From positions 1 to 64,000 of IMG/VR virus record IMGVR_UViG_3300033405_000004: a stretch of DNA of 64,000 nucleotides; one strand, given 5' to 3'. Source of the DNA: a virus. The translations under genes were made by a program, and so were the position numbers. The notes under the pieces are model-generated. The model was given only the letters and a program-made list of their open reading frames with translations. It was not told the origin of the DNA and searched no databases. Within the stretch, counting starts at the first letter, position 1. The number at the start of each line of letters is the position of its first letter. Positions 56,496 through 64,000 of this stretch are shown here, piece after piece.

Positions 56496-56746
56496 ACATC
56501 AAGGACTACGAAACCCTCCAGTACCTCGCCGAGGCTCGGTCGGGCGGAACGCCCTTGGAGTCCGAGGAGGACCTCAAGTGGCTGCACGACGTCCACGGCG
56601 TCGACGTGACGGGCGTGAAGATCGCCATCCTCTACGGGAACGAGGACTGGCCCGACAAGGTCGAGACCTACGCGGAGAACGACTATCGCGCCACCCCGAC
56701 GGTGTGGGTCACGCCGGAGGGCGGCGGCAAGATGGTGCGCAAATGA
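56492..56746 (+). CDS. hypothetical protein
   Basis: MNIKDYETLQYLAEA. Confidence 0.7.
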   Translation: MNIKDYETLQYLAEARSGGTPLESEEDLKWLHDVHGVDVTGVKIAILYGNEDWPDKVETYAENDYRATPTVWVTPEGGGKMVRK

Positions 56747-57270
56747 ACATCCCCGACTACGAGTCCTTCGCCTATTTCTTCGAGGCCCCGCCCAGGCTGG
56801 ACGAGATGTACTCCGGCCAGGAGGTCGTCGCCTGGCAGGGCCGCATCGAGCGGCAGCTCATCAAGCACATCGAGGAGTACGAGGCCGCCCGCAACCCCGG
56901 GTACGCCGACAAGCTCCGCGCCTTCCTCCAGACCTGGCGCCAGCACCAGCTCACCGGCTCGCTCAACGTCGAGACCATCGACGCCCTGCTCGCCTCCTGC
57001 GAGGTGCTCGGCGTCGATCCCTGGAAGCTCCAGACCTACTTTTCCAACCTCCGCGACAACCTCCGCCAGCTCAAGGCCTCCGTCGAGCAGCTGCCGGTCG
57101 ACGCCTACAGCGCCGCCCGCGGCTCCGGCGCGCCCCCGTTCGCGGAGCCGCCCCCGCCCTCCGGCGGCGCCCCGGCCGAGGAGCAGCCCGCCGGCGGCGA
57201 GGCCCCTGCGGAGGAAACTCCCGCCGAGGGGGAACCCGCCCCCGCCGCCGCACCACCCCCAGCTGCCTGA
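56743..57270 (+). CDS. hypothetical protein
   Basis: MNIPDYESFAYFFEA; Pro/Glu tail. Confidence 0.75.
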   Translation: MNIPDYESFAYFFEAPPRLDEMYSGQEVVAWQGRIERQLIKHIEEYEAARNPGYADKLRAFLQTWRQHQLTGSLNVETIDALLASCEVLGVDPWKLQTYFSNLRDNLRQLKASVEQLPVDAYSAARGSGAPPFAEPPPPSGGAPAEEQPAGGEAPAEETPAEGEPAPAAAPPPAA

Positions 57271-57275
57271 ACCCC

Positions 57276-57845
57276 ATGAACTATTCCCGCATCGCCAAGA
57301 CCATCCTCCAGAGCCAGACCAACATGGGCGCCGTGGACGCCTTCGCCATCAAGGGGGCGGTCACCCAGGAGGAGTACTCCGAGGCCCTCGCCCGCGGCTG
57401 GATCGAGGCGCGCGAGGACGGCTGCGTCGGGCTGCCGAGCAGGGCCTCTTGCCTGGACGAGCTGCGCGCCGCCGCGGCCTCTGAGGGTTTCAAGCCCGCC
57501 GAGGTCGACCACGCTCTCGACGTGGACACCTTTGCCTCCTACCCTCGCTTCGTGATGAGGGAGAGCCTCGCCGAGGACGTTGACCCCGGCGTGGGCGACG
57601 AGTGTGTCGTGGCCGAGGGTGGCAAGACCTACACGGCCAGCGTCGCGAGCCGCAACGCGGACGGAACATATAAGTTAAGCTTTTCGGGCGATAAGCCCAC
57701 CAAGGACTCGTTCACCCGCTCGGAGATCCGCGTGACCAAGCCGGTGGCCGTCGCGGCCACGGCGCCCGCCACGCCCCCGCCACCGGCGGCGCCCGTCGTG
57801 CCCGCCGCCTCCCCCGTCGGCCCCGGCCTCGCGGGGCGGGCGTGA
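57276..57845 (+). CDS. hypothetical protein with Tudor/SH3-like C-terminal domain
   Basis: VGDECVV..G.TYTASV..N.DGTY.L.F. Confidence 0.7.
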   Translation: MNYSRIAKTILQSQTNMGAVDAFAIKGAVTQEEYSEALARGWIEAREDGCVGLPSRASCLDELRAAAASEGFKPAEVDHALDVDTFASYPRFVMRESLAEDVDPGVGDECVVAEGGKTYTASVASRNADGTYKLSFSGDKPTKDSFTRSEIRVTKPVAVAATAPATPPPPAAPVVPAASPVGPGLAGRA

Positions 57846-57897
57846 ACCTTTTTGTTTACAACCCCGGAACGGGGGCCTAGGTGGCTCTGGTCTGCGT

Positions 57898-57974
57898 GTC
57901 CTCGTAGCTCAATCTTGGACGAGCGACGGACTCTAAATCCGGGGATGCGGGTTCGACCCCCGCCGAGGGCACCA
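57898..57974 (+). tRNA. amber suppressor tRNA (anticodon CUA)
   Basis: acceptor GTCCTCG/CGAGGGC, D stem GCTC/GAGC, anticodon loop CT-CTA-AA (57933-57935), T arm GCGGG-TTCGACC-CCCGC, encoded ACCA. Confidence 0.9.
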
Positions 57975-58307
57975 TCACTTCGCGAGCATCGCCGCGTGGC
58001 TGATCGCCCGCTGCGGGCTTCTCATCCGCTGCGCCCCCACCGTGAAGACCGGGTACACGCTCCCGTCCGGCCGCTGCCGGAACTCCGTCTCGATGCCGAG
58101 CTGGGCCAGCAGGGCCTGGGCCTCGTCGCGGTAGACCCGGGCGGTTCGCGCGCTGGTCAGGCCGCCGGCCCGGTCGGCCGTCGCCGCCAGGTCGAGCAGG
58201 CGCTCCGCCCGGTGCGACTCGTCGGGCGCCGCCCGCCGGAGCCAGTCCTTCCATTGGACTTCGAAGTCGTCCTCGAACAACCTCTCCAGGATCTGGCGTG
58301 CCCTCAT
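57975..58307 (-). CDS. hypothetical protein (candidate head-packaged)
   Basis: TAGTTA-N4-ATG; MRARQILERLFED leader. Confidence 0.7.
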   Translation of the reverse strand: MRARQILERLFEDDFEVQWKDWLRRAAPDESHRAERLLDLAATADRAGGLTSARTARVYRDEAQALLAQLGIETEFRQRPDGSVYPVFTVGAQRMRSPQRAISHAAMLAK

Positions 58308-58359
58308 GCCGTAACTACTATCGGTTGACTCCGGGCCGGGGATGCTGTTCTATTGGGGC

Positions 58360-58737
58360 ATGGACGAGTAGGTAGCACCCGGGGACGGTTACCGCCTGTA
58401 CGCGGTCGTGCGCGAGGACCTCGCGATGCCGCCGGGCAAGCTCGCCAGCCAGGTCGGCCACGCCTACCTTGAGGCGTTCCTGCGCGCCGGCCCCGAGCGC
58501 CAGTCCGCCTACCGGGCGGGCGGCATGGGCGTCAAGGTCTGCCTGGGCGCCCCGGGCCTGAACGCCCTCGGGCGCCTCTACGACCGCGCCCTCGCGCTCG
58601 GCCTCCCCTGCTACCTCGTCGAGGACTCTGGCCGGAACACCACGTTCGGCGGCGTCCCCACCGTGTCCGCGCTCGGCGTCGGCCCGCTCACCGCGGGCGA
58701 GGCCGCGTTCCTGCGGCGCCTGCCCCTTCTCCCATGA
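58360..58737 (+). CDS. pth2: peptidyl-tRNA hydrolase Pth2 with in-frame TAG at codon 4
   Basis: LYAVVREDLAMPPGKLASQVGHA, KVCL, VEDSG..T, T..ALGVGP, L.LL; ATG GAC GAG TAG in frame. Confidence 0.85.
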
Positions 58738-59183
58738 ACACCACCGACACAGCCCAACCCGGGGCGGACACGCCCCTTTCGTTCCACCCGCAGCACGCCC
58801 CGATCGACCTCGCGTTCGCGGCCAGCGTCCCGGCCTACCGGGATTTTGTTTACGAATGGCGGGCGCTCTACCGCTGGCTCAGCGCCACGATCCGCCACGA
58901 CAAGCTGGTGTCGCGCGCCGCCGAGTCGGAGCGGGCCAAGCCCAAGCTCAACGTCAAGCCCGGCCTGCTGCGGGCCCTGGCCGGGAAGTGCAAGCCCGCC
59001 GGCCCGCCGCCCGCGGCCTACGCCGCCACCTGGAGGCTGCCCCATTGGCAGATCCGGTGGAGCGTCAACGACCGCGACCGCTACGGCGACCGGGCGTACG
59101 CCAACTACCTGCTGGCCCTGCGGGCGGACGCGAAGCGCGCGTTCAAGGCGCGTGACGCAGTTCTTACCCCGCATGAGGTTTAA
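58734..59183 (+). CDS. hypothetical protein
   Basis: ATGA coupling. Confidence 0.65.
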   Translation: MNTTDTAQPGADTPLSFHPQHAPIDLAFAASVPAYRDFVYEWRALYRWLSATIRHDKLVSRAAESERAKPKLNVKPGLLRALAGKCKPAGPPPAAYAATWRLPHWQIRWSVNDRDRYGDRAYANYLLALRADAKRAFKARDAVLTPHEV

Positions 59184-60120
59184 CAGCCGCGGTGTTGCCG
59201 GCATCGACGACCTGGCGATCCTCGTCGTCGTTGTCGTCGTCGCGTGGGGAGGCCTGACGCTGGGCCGGATTTCCCTGCACAACCCGTTCGCGAAGAAGCC
59301 GCCGGTGGAGCAGGTCAAGCAGATGCAGGACCAAATCGATCAGACCACCAAGGAGCGGGACGCCGCCAAGCAGGACGCCGCCGCCGCCCGCCAGCAGGCC
59401 AAGGACGCCGAGGCTGACGCCAAGGCCGCGGTCAAGCTGCAGATCACTGACATCCAGCAGAATGACCGCGGCGCCCAGGTGTTCCTCGACAAGGTGGCCC
59501 CCGAGCACGTCACCGCCGAGGTCAAGGGCGCCCGTTCGTTTCTCCTGCACAACAACATCCACCTCGTGGCCTTGAACGGCAAGCTGTCGGACGACCTTGA
59601 GGCTCAGGTGCAGCAGCTGGTGGCCGACTGGGAGGCCGGCAAGGAGGCCGAGTTCAACGCGGCGATGGCGGCGAAGGACAAGGTGGTCGACGCCGCCCAC
59701 GCCGCCCAGGTGGTGGCCGAGACCAAGGAGCAGCAGCAGACCCAGCGGGCCGATGACGCCTACAAGCTGGTGGACCAGAAGGACGCTACCATCGCGGACG
59801 AGCGGGTGAAGGAGAAGGGCTACCAGCAGCAGATCTCCGCGTGGATCACCAAGCGGCTGTCGTCTGAGACTCTCGCGGCCGACGCCCAGCACGCGGCCGA
59901 CTTCCTGTTTTGGTGCCTGATCGCCTATATTAGCCTGCACCTGTTTAGCGCATGGGTCGCGCCGGGCTGGCTCTCGCACATGCCGGCATGTGCCCTCAAG
60001 ACCGTGCTGCACAAGGTGACTGGCATCCTCGCCGGGGGCCTGCACTTTATCAAACACGAGCAGACCATCGCCAAGCTGACCGCCGGCGCCGTGACCGTTA
60101 GCTCCGCCGGCACGAAGTGA
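59173..60120 (+). CDS. membrane-anchored coiled-coil protein (possibly spanin-like)
   Basis: N-terminal TM helix, long Ala/Gln coiled coil, C-terminal TM helix. Confidence 0.7.
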   Translation: MRFNSRGVAGIDDLAILVVVVVVAWGGLTLGRISLHNPFAKKPPVEQVKQMQDQIDQTTKERDAAKQDAAAARQQAKDAEADAKAAVKLQITDIQQNDRGAQVFLDKVAPEHVTAEVKGARSFLLHNNIHLVALNGKLSDDLEAQVQQLVADWEAGKEAEFNAAMAAKDKVVDAAHAAQVVAETKEQQQTQRADDAYKLVDQKDATIADERVKEKGYQQQISAWITKRLSSETLAADAQHAADFLFWCLIAYISLHLFSAWVAPGWLSHMPACALKTVLHKVTGILAGGLHFIKHEQTIAKLTAGAVTVSSAGTK

Positions 60121-60121
60121 C

Positions 60122-60340
60122 ATGTCCCTGAGGCACTACATGCCGGCGGTCGGGACCAAGTTCCTGTTCAAGGGGGTGGACAGCCACTTCAACGCGTATG
60201 ATCTGCATGGCGAGGTCGCGGCCGTGGATTTCGTTGAGCAGTTCGTGAAGATGAAGAGCGGCGACGCTGTGAGTTTCGAGGCGTGGGAGTGGATGATGGA
60301 GAACTGCCGCAGCCAGTTCGTGTTCATCAACGGGGCCTGA
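60122..60340 (+). CDS. hypothetical protein
   Basis: 72 aa. Confidence 0.6.
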   Translation: MSLRHYMPAVGTKFLFKGVDSHFNAYDLHGEVAAVDFVEQFVKMKSGDAVSFEAWEWMMENCRSQFVFINGA

Positions 60341-60344
60341 CTTT

Positions 60345-60788
60345 ATGCCTAAAATCGACGTAAGCAAAGTGGCCGAGATACTGCAGCACAACAAGCTGCC
60401 GCCGGAGCAGCTTCGGCGCATCATCGAGGAGATCAACAACGCCGTCAGGCGGCGGGCCGAGGAGGACGAAGGGAAGGAGCCCGCCGTCAAGAAGCAGTGG
60501 GTCATCCTCGTCTCCGACCCGACCGGACCGGCCGGCAGGTCGTACACGGGCTGGGTCGTCCAGCTCCCTGAAAGCGAGAGCGCGCTGACGGCGCTGGACC
60601 GCGTCCACATGGCGGCCTATGACTTCAACGCCTCGAAGCGGGGCCGGCTGCTGCCGGTGAAGACGGTGGGCGAGGCGCTGGAGAGCGTGCCCGCCAAACA
60701 CTTTAAGGGGGCCGAGCTCTGGGTGAAGACCAAGACCCCCGTCCAGGTTCTGACCACGGACAACAAGATCCCTGTCGCCAGCGAATAA
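60345..60788 (+). CDS. conserved hypothetical protein, possibly host-derived
   Basis: 147 aa; KKQWVILVSDP, YDFNASKRG, WVKTKTPV. Confidence 0.75.
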   Translation: MPKIDVSKVAEILQHNKLPPEQLRRIIEEINNAVRRRAEEDEGKEPAVKKQWVILVSDPTGPAGRSYTGWVVQLPESESALTALDRVHMAAYDFNASKRGRLLPVKTVGEALESVPAKHFKGAELWVKTKTPVQVLTTDNKIPVASE

Positions 60789-60867
60789 GGCGGCACGCCT
60801 AGCCTATCCATGACTGGCCGCACTGGGCTGTGGCAGGCCGTGGCACGCCGCTTTCGATAGTTAAGAC

Positions 60868-61287
60868 GTGGCAACCACTTTGAGCAGGGCTCAGATAGAT
60901 CGCGTCGTCGAGCAGGCGTGGTACGTCGTCAGCGTCAACGCGCACACTGTCGACACCGCTGGCGTGGCCATCTCCGGCTTCTACGGGAACGACGTCGTCT
61001 ACTCCGGGGAGGGCTCCAAGGGCATCGCTTACCTCCAGAAGCAGCTCGCCAACTGGCCGAAGGCCGCGCTCCAGCTCGATGTGCCGGTCGCCCCGCCCAA
61101 GCCGCCCCCGCCGGCGGTCAACCCCTACGACGCCTTCATCGAGAACTCCATCGAGGGCCCGGCGCTCCAGGCCGGGGCCAACTGGCTCACCATCACCAGG
61201 GACGACCTGGAGGCCGTGCGCCAGGCGTTCATCGCCAGGTGGGGCGACGTCTGGAAGCCCAACGTCTACTTGACCCATGGTGCGTGA
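60868..61287 (+). CDS. hypothetical (probably virion) protein
   Basis: TAGTTA-N4-GTG. Confidence 0.7.
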   Translation: MATTLSRAQIDRVVEQAWYVVSVNAHTVDTAGVAISGFYGNDVVYSGEGSKGIAYLQKQLANWPKAALQLDVPVAPPKPPPPAVNPYDAFIENSIEGPALQAGANWLTITRDDLEAVRQAFIARWGDVWKPNVYLTHGA

Positions 61288-61624
61288 CGTCCCCGTCCAG
61301 GTCGAGCAGTCCAGGCGGAAGATCTGCGGGCGCTGCCTGGCGAGGTGCCCAGGCTTCCTCTCCGGCTCGCTCCGGCTGGACCTGGCGGCGTCCCGCTGCC
61401 CGCACCCCGCCGGCGCCCGGTGGGCCCCGTTCCTGCCGGGGGCGCCCGTCGTCCCACCCACGCTCGGCGCCGGGACGGCCTTTTCCTACCTCGCGCGGCC
61501 GGTGGCCAGGGTCGCCGACGCCGTGCTCAGGACCAACCTCGCCAACTGCCCGGGGTGCGCCGACCGCAAGGTGCGGTGGGACAGGAAGGTGCCCGACATA
61601 ATCCATCCGTGGCGCCGTGGTTAG
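61277..61624 (+). CDS. Cys-rich small protein
   Basis: ICGRCLARC, CP, CPGCADRK..W. Confidence 0.65.
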   Translation: MVRDVPVQVEQSRRKICGRCLARCPGFLSGSLRLDLAASRCPHPAGARWAPFLPGAPVVPPTLGAGTAFSYLARPVARVADAVLRTNLANCPGCADRKVRWDRKVPDIIHPWRRG

Positions 61625-61631
61625 TTAGGGC

Positions 61632-63356
61632 GTGGCCGATCAGGTAACCCAGTTCAACTTCGTCGACAGGTCTTTCGCCAACCCCGTCGCCTGGGAGTGG
61701 GACTTCGGCGACGGCGCCACCTCCGACGCCCAGAATCCGTCCCACGCCTACCCGTCGGGCACCGGGGTGTACCTCGCCCGGCTGACCGCGTCGGCCCTGG
61801 CCTGCGGCGGCGGCCTGACCAGCGGCACCGTGTGGCACCCTGTGGTCATCCGCAACGTGCAGGTGTACTCCTCCACGATCGTCACCGGCGTGACCTACAT
61901 CGGCGGCTTCGTCTGGTACGGCTTTTACCCCTACACTTACACCGGCTTCGACGGCGTGAACGTGCCCGACCGGTACCTGACCAAGACGGTCTCCGGCTCC
62001 CAGAGCCAGGACCAGTACCCCGACGGCTACATCCTCCCGCCGATGGGCAACATCACCATCGGCCAGCTCGGCGGCTCGGTCGAGATAGACCACTCCACCG
62101 GCGCGGTCGTCAGCAACACCATGGTCGGCACGCAGACCTTGATCGGCAACTTCTGCACCGGCCTTTCCTGGCGTGGCTCCTACGGAGGCTCCACGGCGAC
62201 CATTTCCTACCAGGTTTACGGCAGCCAGATCGAGGACTTCCTGGTCGCCGGCGGCACCGTCGTCCTTGAGCCCACGGTCAAGCAGTACGTCGTGTCGCCC
62301 GTCCCCTTCCCGACCGGCGGGGGCTACGTGTGCACCTACTGCGACAACGGGGTGTGGGGCCACAACAACGACGACCCGGACCCGTCCGACACCGGCTTCG
62401 ATCCGCCGACGGAAGTCTTGTCGAACAAGATGACCTTGGCCGAGGCGGCGGCCAACGGCGGCGCCACGCAGGTCCCCTGCACCTACAGCTCCAGCGTGTC
62501 GAGCTTCAACCCGGCCACGGGGGCCATGAACTGCACCGCCTCAACCCTCACCATCGGGTACCTCAAGCCGAGCACGACCGGCCAGTTCCTGGTGACGCTC
62601 ACCTACAACGTGCAGGCCATCGGCGGGGGCCCGACCACCACGCTGACCAAATCGTACGCTCAGACCGTCGGCGTGGGCGGCTATCTGACCAGCTTCTCGG
62701 TGGACGTCCCGATGATGGTGGGCTACACGGTCACGCTGGCCTCGTGCGTGGTGCTGGACATCCTTGAGTGCTCGGACGACTTCGAGGAGCTCACCAGCCA
62801 AAGTTGGTATGGCAACCTTGCCGCGGGCTACCCGGTGACTGCGAACGGTACGTACGCCCCCGTTTTCGGCTCGGTGCAGCCCGCGGCCGAGTGCAGCTCG
62901 GACTGGGAGGACGCCACCTCGTCGGGGCCGATTCTCACCGACCCCTGGGGCTACTACTGGGCGGCGGCCGGCACGTTCTCGACTGCCAATTATTTGGAGG
63001 CCTCCGACGACTTTGAGGAGTGGGGCGGCTCGGGTTCGGGCGTGGTCGTCGCCAACCCGGTGGGCTTCTGGTCCAAGGGCCTCGGATGGGCCACCCCCTT
63101 CGGCTTCTTCCAGACGATAACGTACGCGGTCTGCACCGACGACTTCGAGAGCTACGCGGTCGGGGCCATCACTGACCTGAACAACACCTCGCAGGCCCTC
63201 AACAGCAACCAGAACTGGTCCGGCGACGGGGTCTTCGGCCTCGTCGTCTACCTGACGGCGTACGACGACTTCGAATCCTACCCGGCGGGGCCGATCGCGA
63301 CCCTGCCCGCGGGCGGCGGTTCCTGGTCCGGCGCGGGCGCCATCGGTTCGGCGTAA
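61632..63356 (+). CDS. PKD-domain virion protein with C-terminal DDFE repeats
   Basis: F.DRS..PVAWEWDFGDGATS..QNPSHAY; five DDFE/SDWE repeats. Confidence 0.85.
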   Translation: MADQVTQFNFVDRSFANPVAWEWDFGDGATSDAQNPSHAYPSGTGVYLARLTASALACGGGLTSGTVWHPVVIRNVQVYSSTIVTGVTYIGGFVWYGFYPYTYTGFDGVNVPDRYLTKTVSGSQSQDQYPDGYILPPMGNITIGQLGGSVEIDHSTGAVVSNTMVGTQTLIGNFCTGLSWRGSYGGSTATISYQVYGSQIEDFLVAGGTVVLEPTVKQYVVSPVPFPTGGGYVCTYCDNGVWGHNNDDPDPSDTGFDPPTEVLSNKMTLAEAAANGGATQVPCTYSSSVSSFNPATGAMNCTASTLTIGYLKPSTTGQFLVTLTYNVQAIGGGPTTTLTKSYAQTVGVGGYLTSFSVDVPMMVGYTVTLASCVVLDILECSDDFEELTSQSWYGNLAAGYPVTANGTYAPVFGSVQPAAECSSDWEDATSSGPILTDPWGYYWAAAGTFSTANYLEASDDFEEWGGSGSGVVVANPVGFWSKGLGWATPFGFFQTITYAVCTDDFESYAVGAITDLNNTSQALNSNQNWSGDGVFGLVVYLTAYDDFESYPAGPIATLPAGGGSWSGAGAIGSA

Positions 63357-63365
63357 TTAAAGCGT

Positions 63366-64000
63366 ATGGCTGAGATTTACCAAACTCTCGCCCTGGAGAA
63401 CGCCCTCATCCTAGAGTCGAGGGAGTACATGCTGCGGCAGTTCAACTTCCAGAACGCCGGCAACCCTTGGACCGAGATGCGCATGGGCATGCTCTACGCG
63501 GGCGTCTCGTTGACGAACGACAACGTCAACTCCGCGGCTGAGGACGTCGTCGTCTCCAGCGCCGCCGACCGGATAGCCTTCGGGATAAAGGATTCGGGCG
63601 CGGCGATCCCCGGCACGACTGGCTCGCCTAGCTCGTGCCTCTTCCTGGGGGCCACCACCGCCCTTGACGCGGTCGTGTTCCACGTGCCCAGCTCCTACGT
63701 CAACGTCGAGGGGGGCGGCCAGAACAGCTTTGGTAGCTACGGGGTGGGGGGAAACTTGGCGGCGTGCGGGGCCGTGGACGCCAGCTACATCAGCGGCTAC
63801 AATGCCGAGTACCTCGACCGGATGCTCTTCCCCACGGTGGCCAGCGGCGCCAACAACTACTGCGGGTTCTACGCGCTCAGATTCGTAATCGCCAACCAGG
63901 GGCTGGCCGCGCAGACGGTGACCATATCCGACTCCACCTCCCAGCCCGTCGGGGTGCCGTACACGGTGGCCGCGCTGCGGACCCTGATCAACAACGCGAG
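63366..64000 (+). CDS. tail/receptor-binding protein paralog 4 (runs off window)
   Basis: MAEIYQ..ILESREY..WTEMRMG..FGIKD..PG..YCGFYALRFVIANQGLAAQTVT, homologous to the 17669-19880 trio. Confidence 0.75.
   Translation, partial: MAEIYQTLALENALILESREYMLRQFNFQNAGNPWTEMRMGMLYAGVSLTNDNVNSAAEDVVVSSAADRIAFGIKDSGAAIPGTTGSPSSCLFLGATTALDAVVFHVPSSYVNVEGGGQNSFGSYGVGGNLAACGAVDASYISGYNAEYLDRMLFPTVASGANNYCGFYALRFVIANQGLAAQTVTISDSTSQPVGVPYTVAALRTLINNA

Noticed and set aside
57898-57974. tRNA-Pyl or tRNA-Arg(UCU)
   Set aside because: The anticodon arm resembles Pyl, but the D and T loops are canonical (GG, TTCGA) and there are no pyl genes. The 7-nt loop centres on CTA, not TCT.
1-64000. Genome-wide TAG recoding (code 15)
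   Set aside because: Many genes end in TAG followed by out-of-frame genes, and long genes have no internal TAG.

Overview
A 64-kb segment of a large, GC-rich dsDNA tailed-phage genome with densely packed genes. TAG, TGA and TAA all act as normal stops. Recognisable genes: large terminase with a mini-intein, T4 gp13-like neck protein, collagen-like fibre plus two related tail/receptor-binding modules, RuvC, DinG-like helicase, two DNA methyltransferases, an intein-containing glycosyltransferase, PAPS-reductase-like enzyme, acyl carrier protein and Pth2. The host may be Verrucomicrobiota (Opitutales); this is an inference from remembered ACP features. Main finding: a stand-alone Cas7/RAMP-like gene (27199-27882) followed at once by a ~1.34-kb non-coding array with 5-nt periodicity (GY-NNN), punctuated into blocks by an extra G and closed by a perfect hairpin. 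This is a candidate non-CRISPR RNA-guided system, and it sits between duplicated pieces of the native terminase locus. Second finding: an amber-suppressor tRNA(CUA) beside a Pth2 gene whose codon 4 is TAG. Also seen: a dual-frame C5 methyltransferase with a 1-nt frameshift, recurrent leaderless-promoter motifs, shared N-terminal peptide motifs and a histone-like small protein. All family calls come from motif recognition by eye; no database searches were run.
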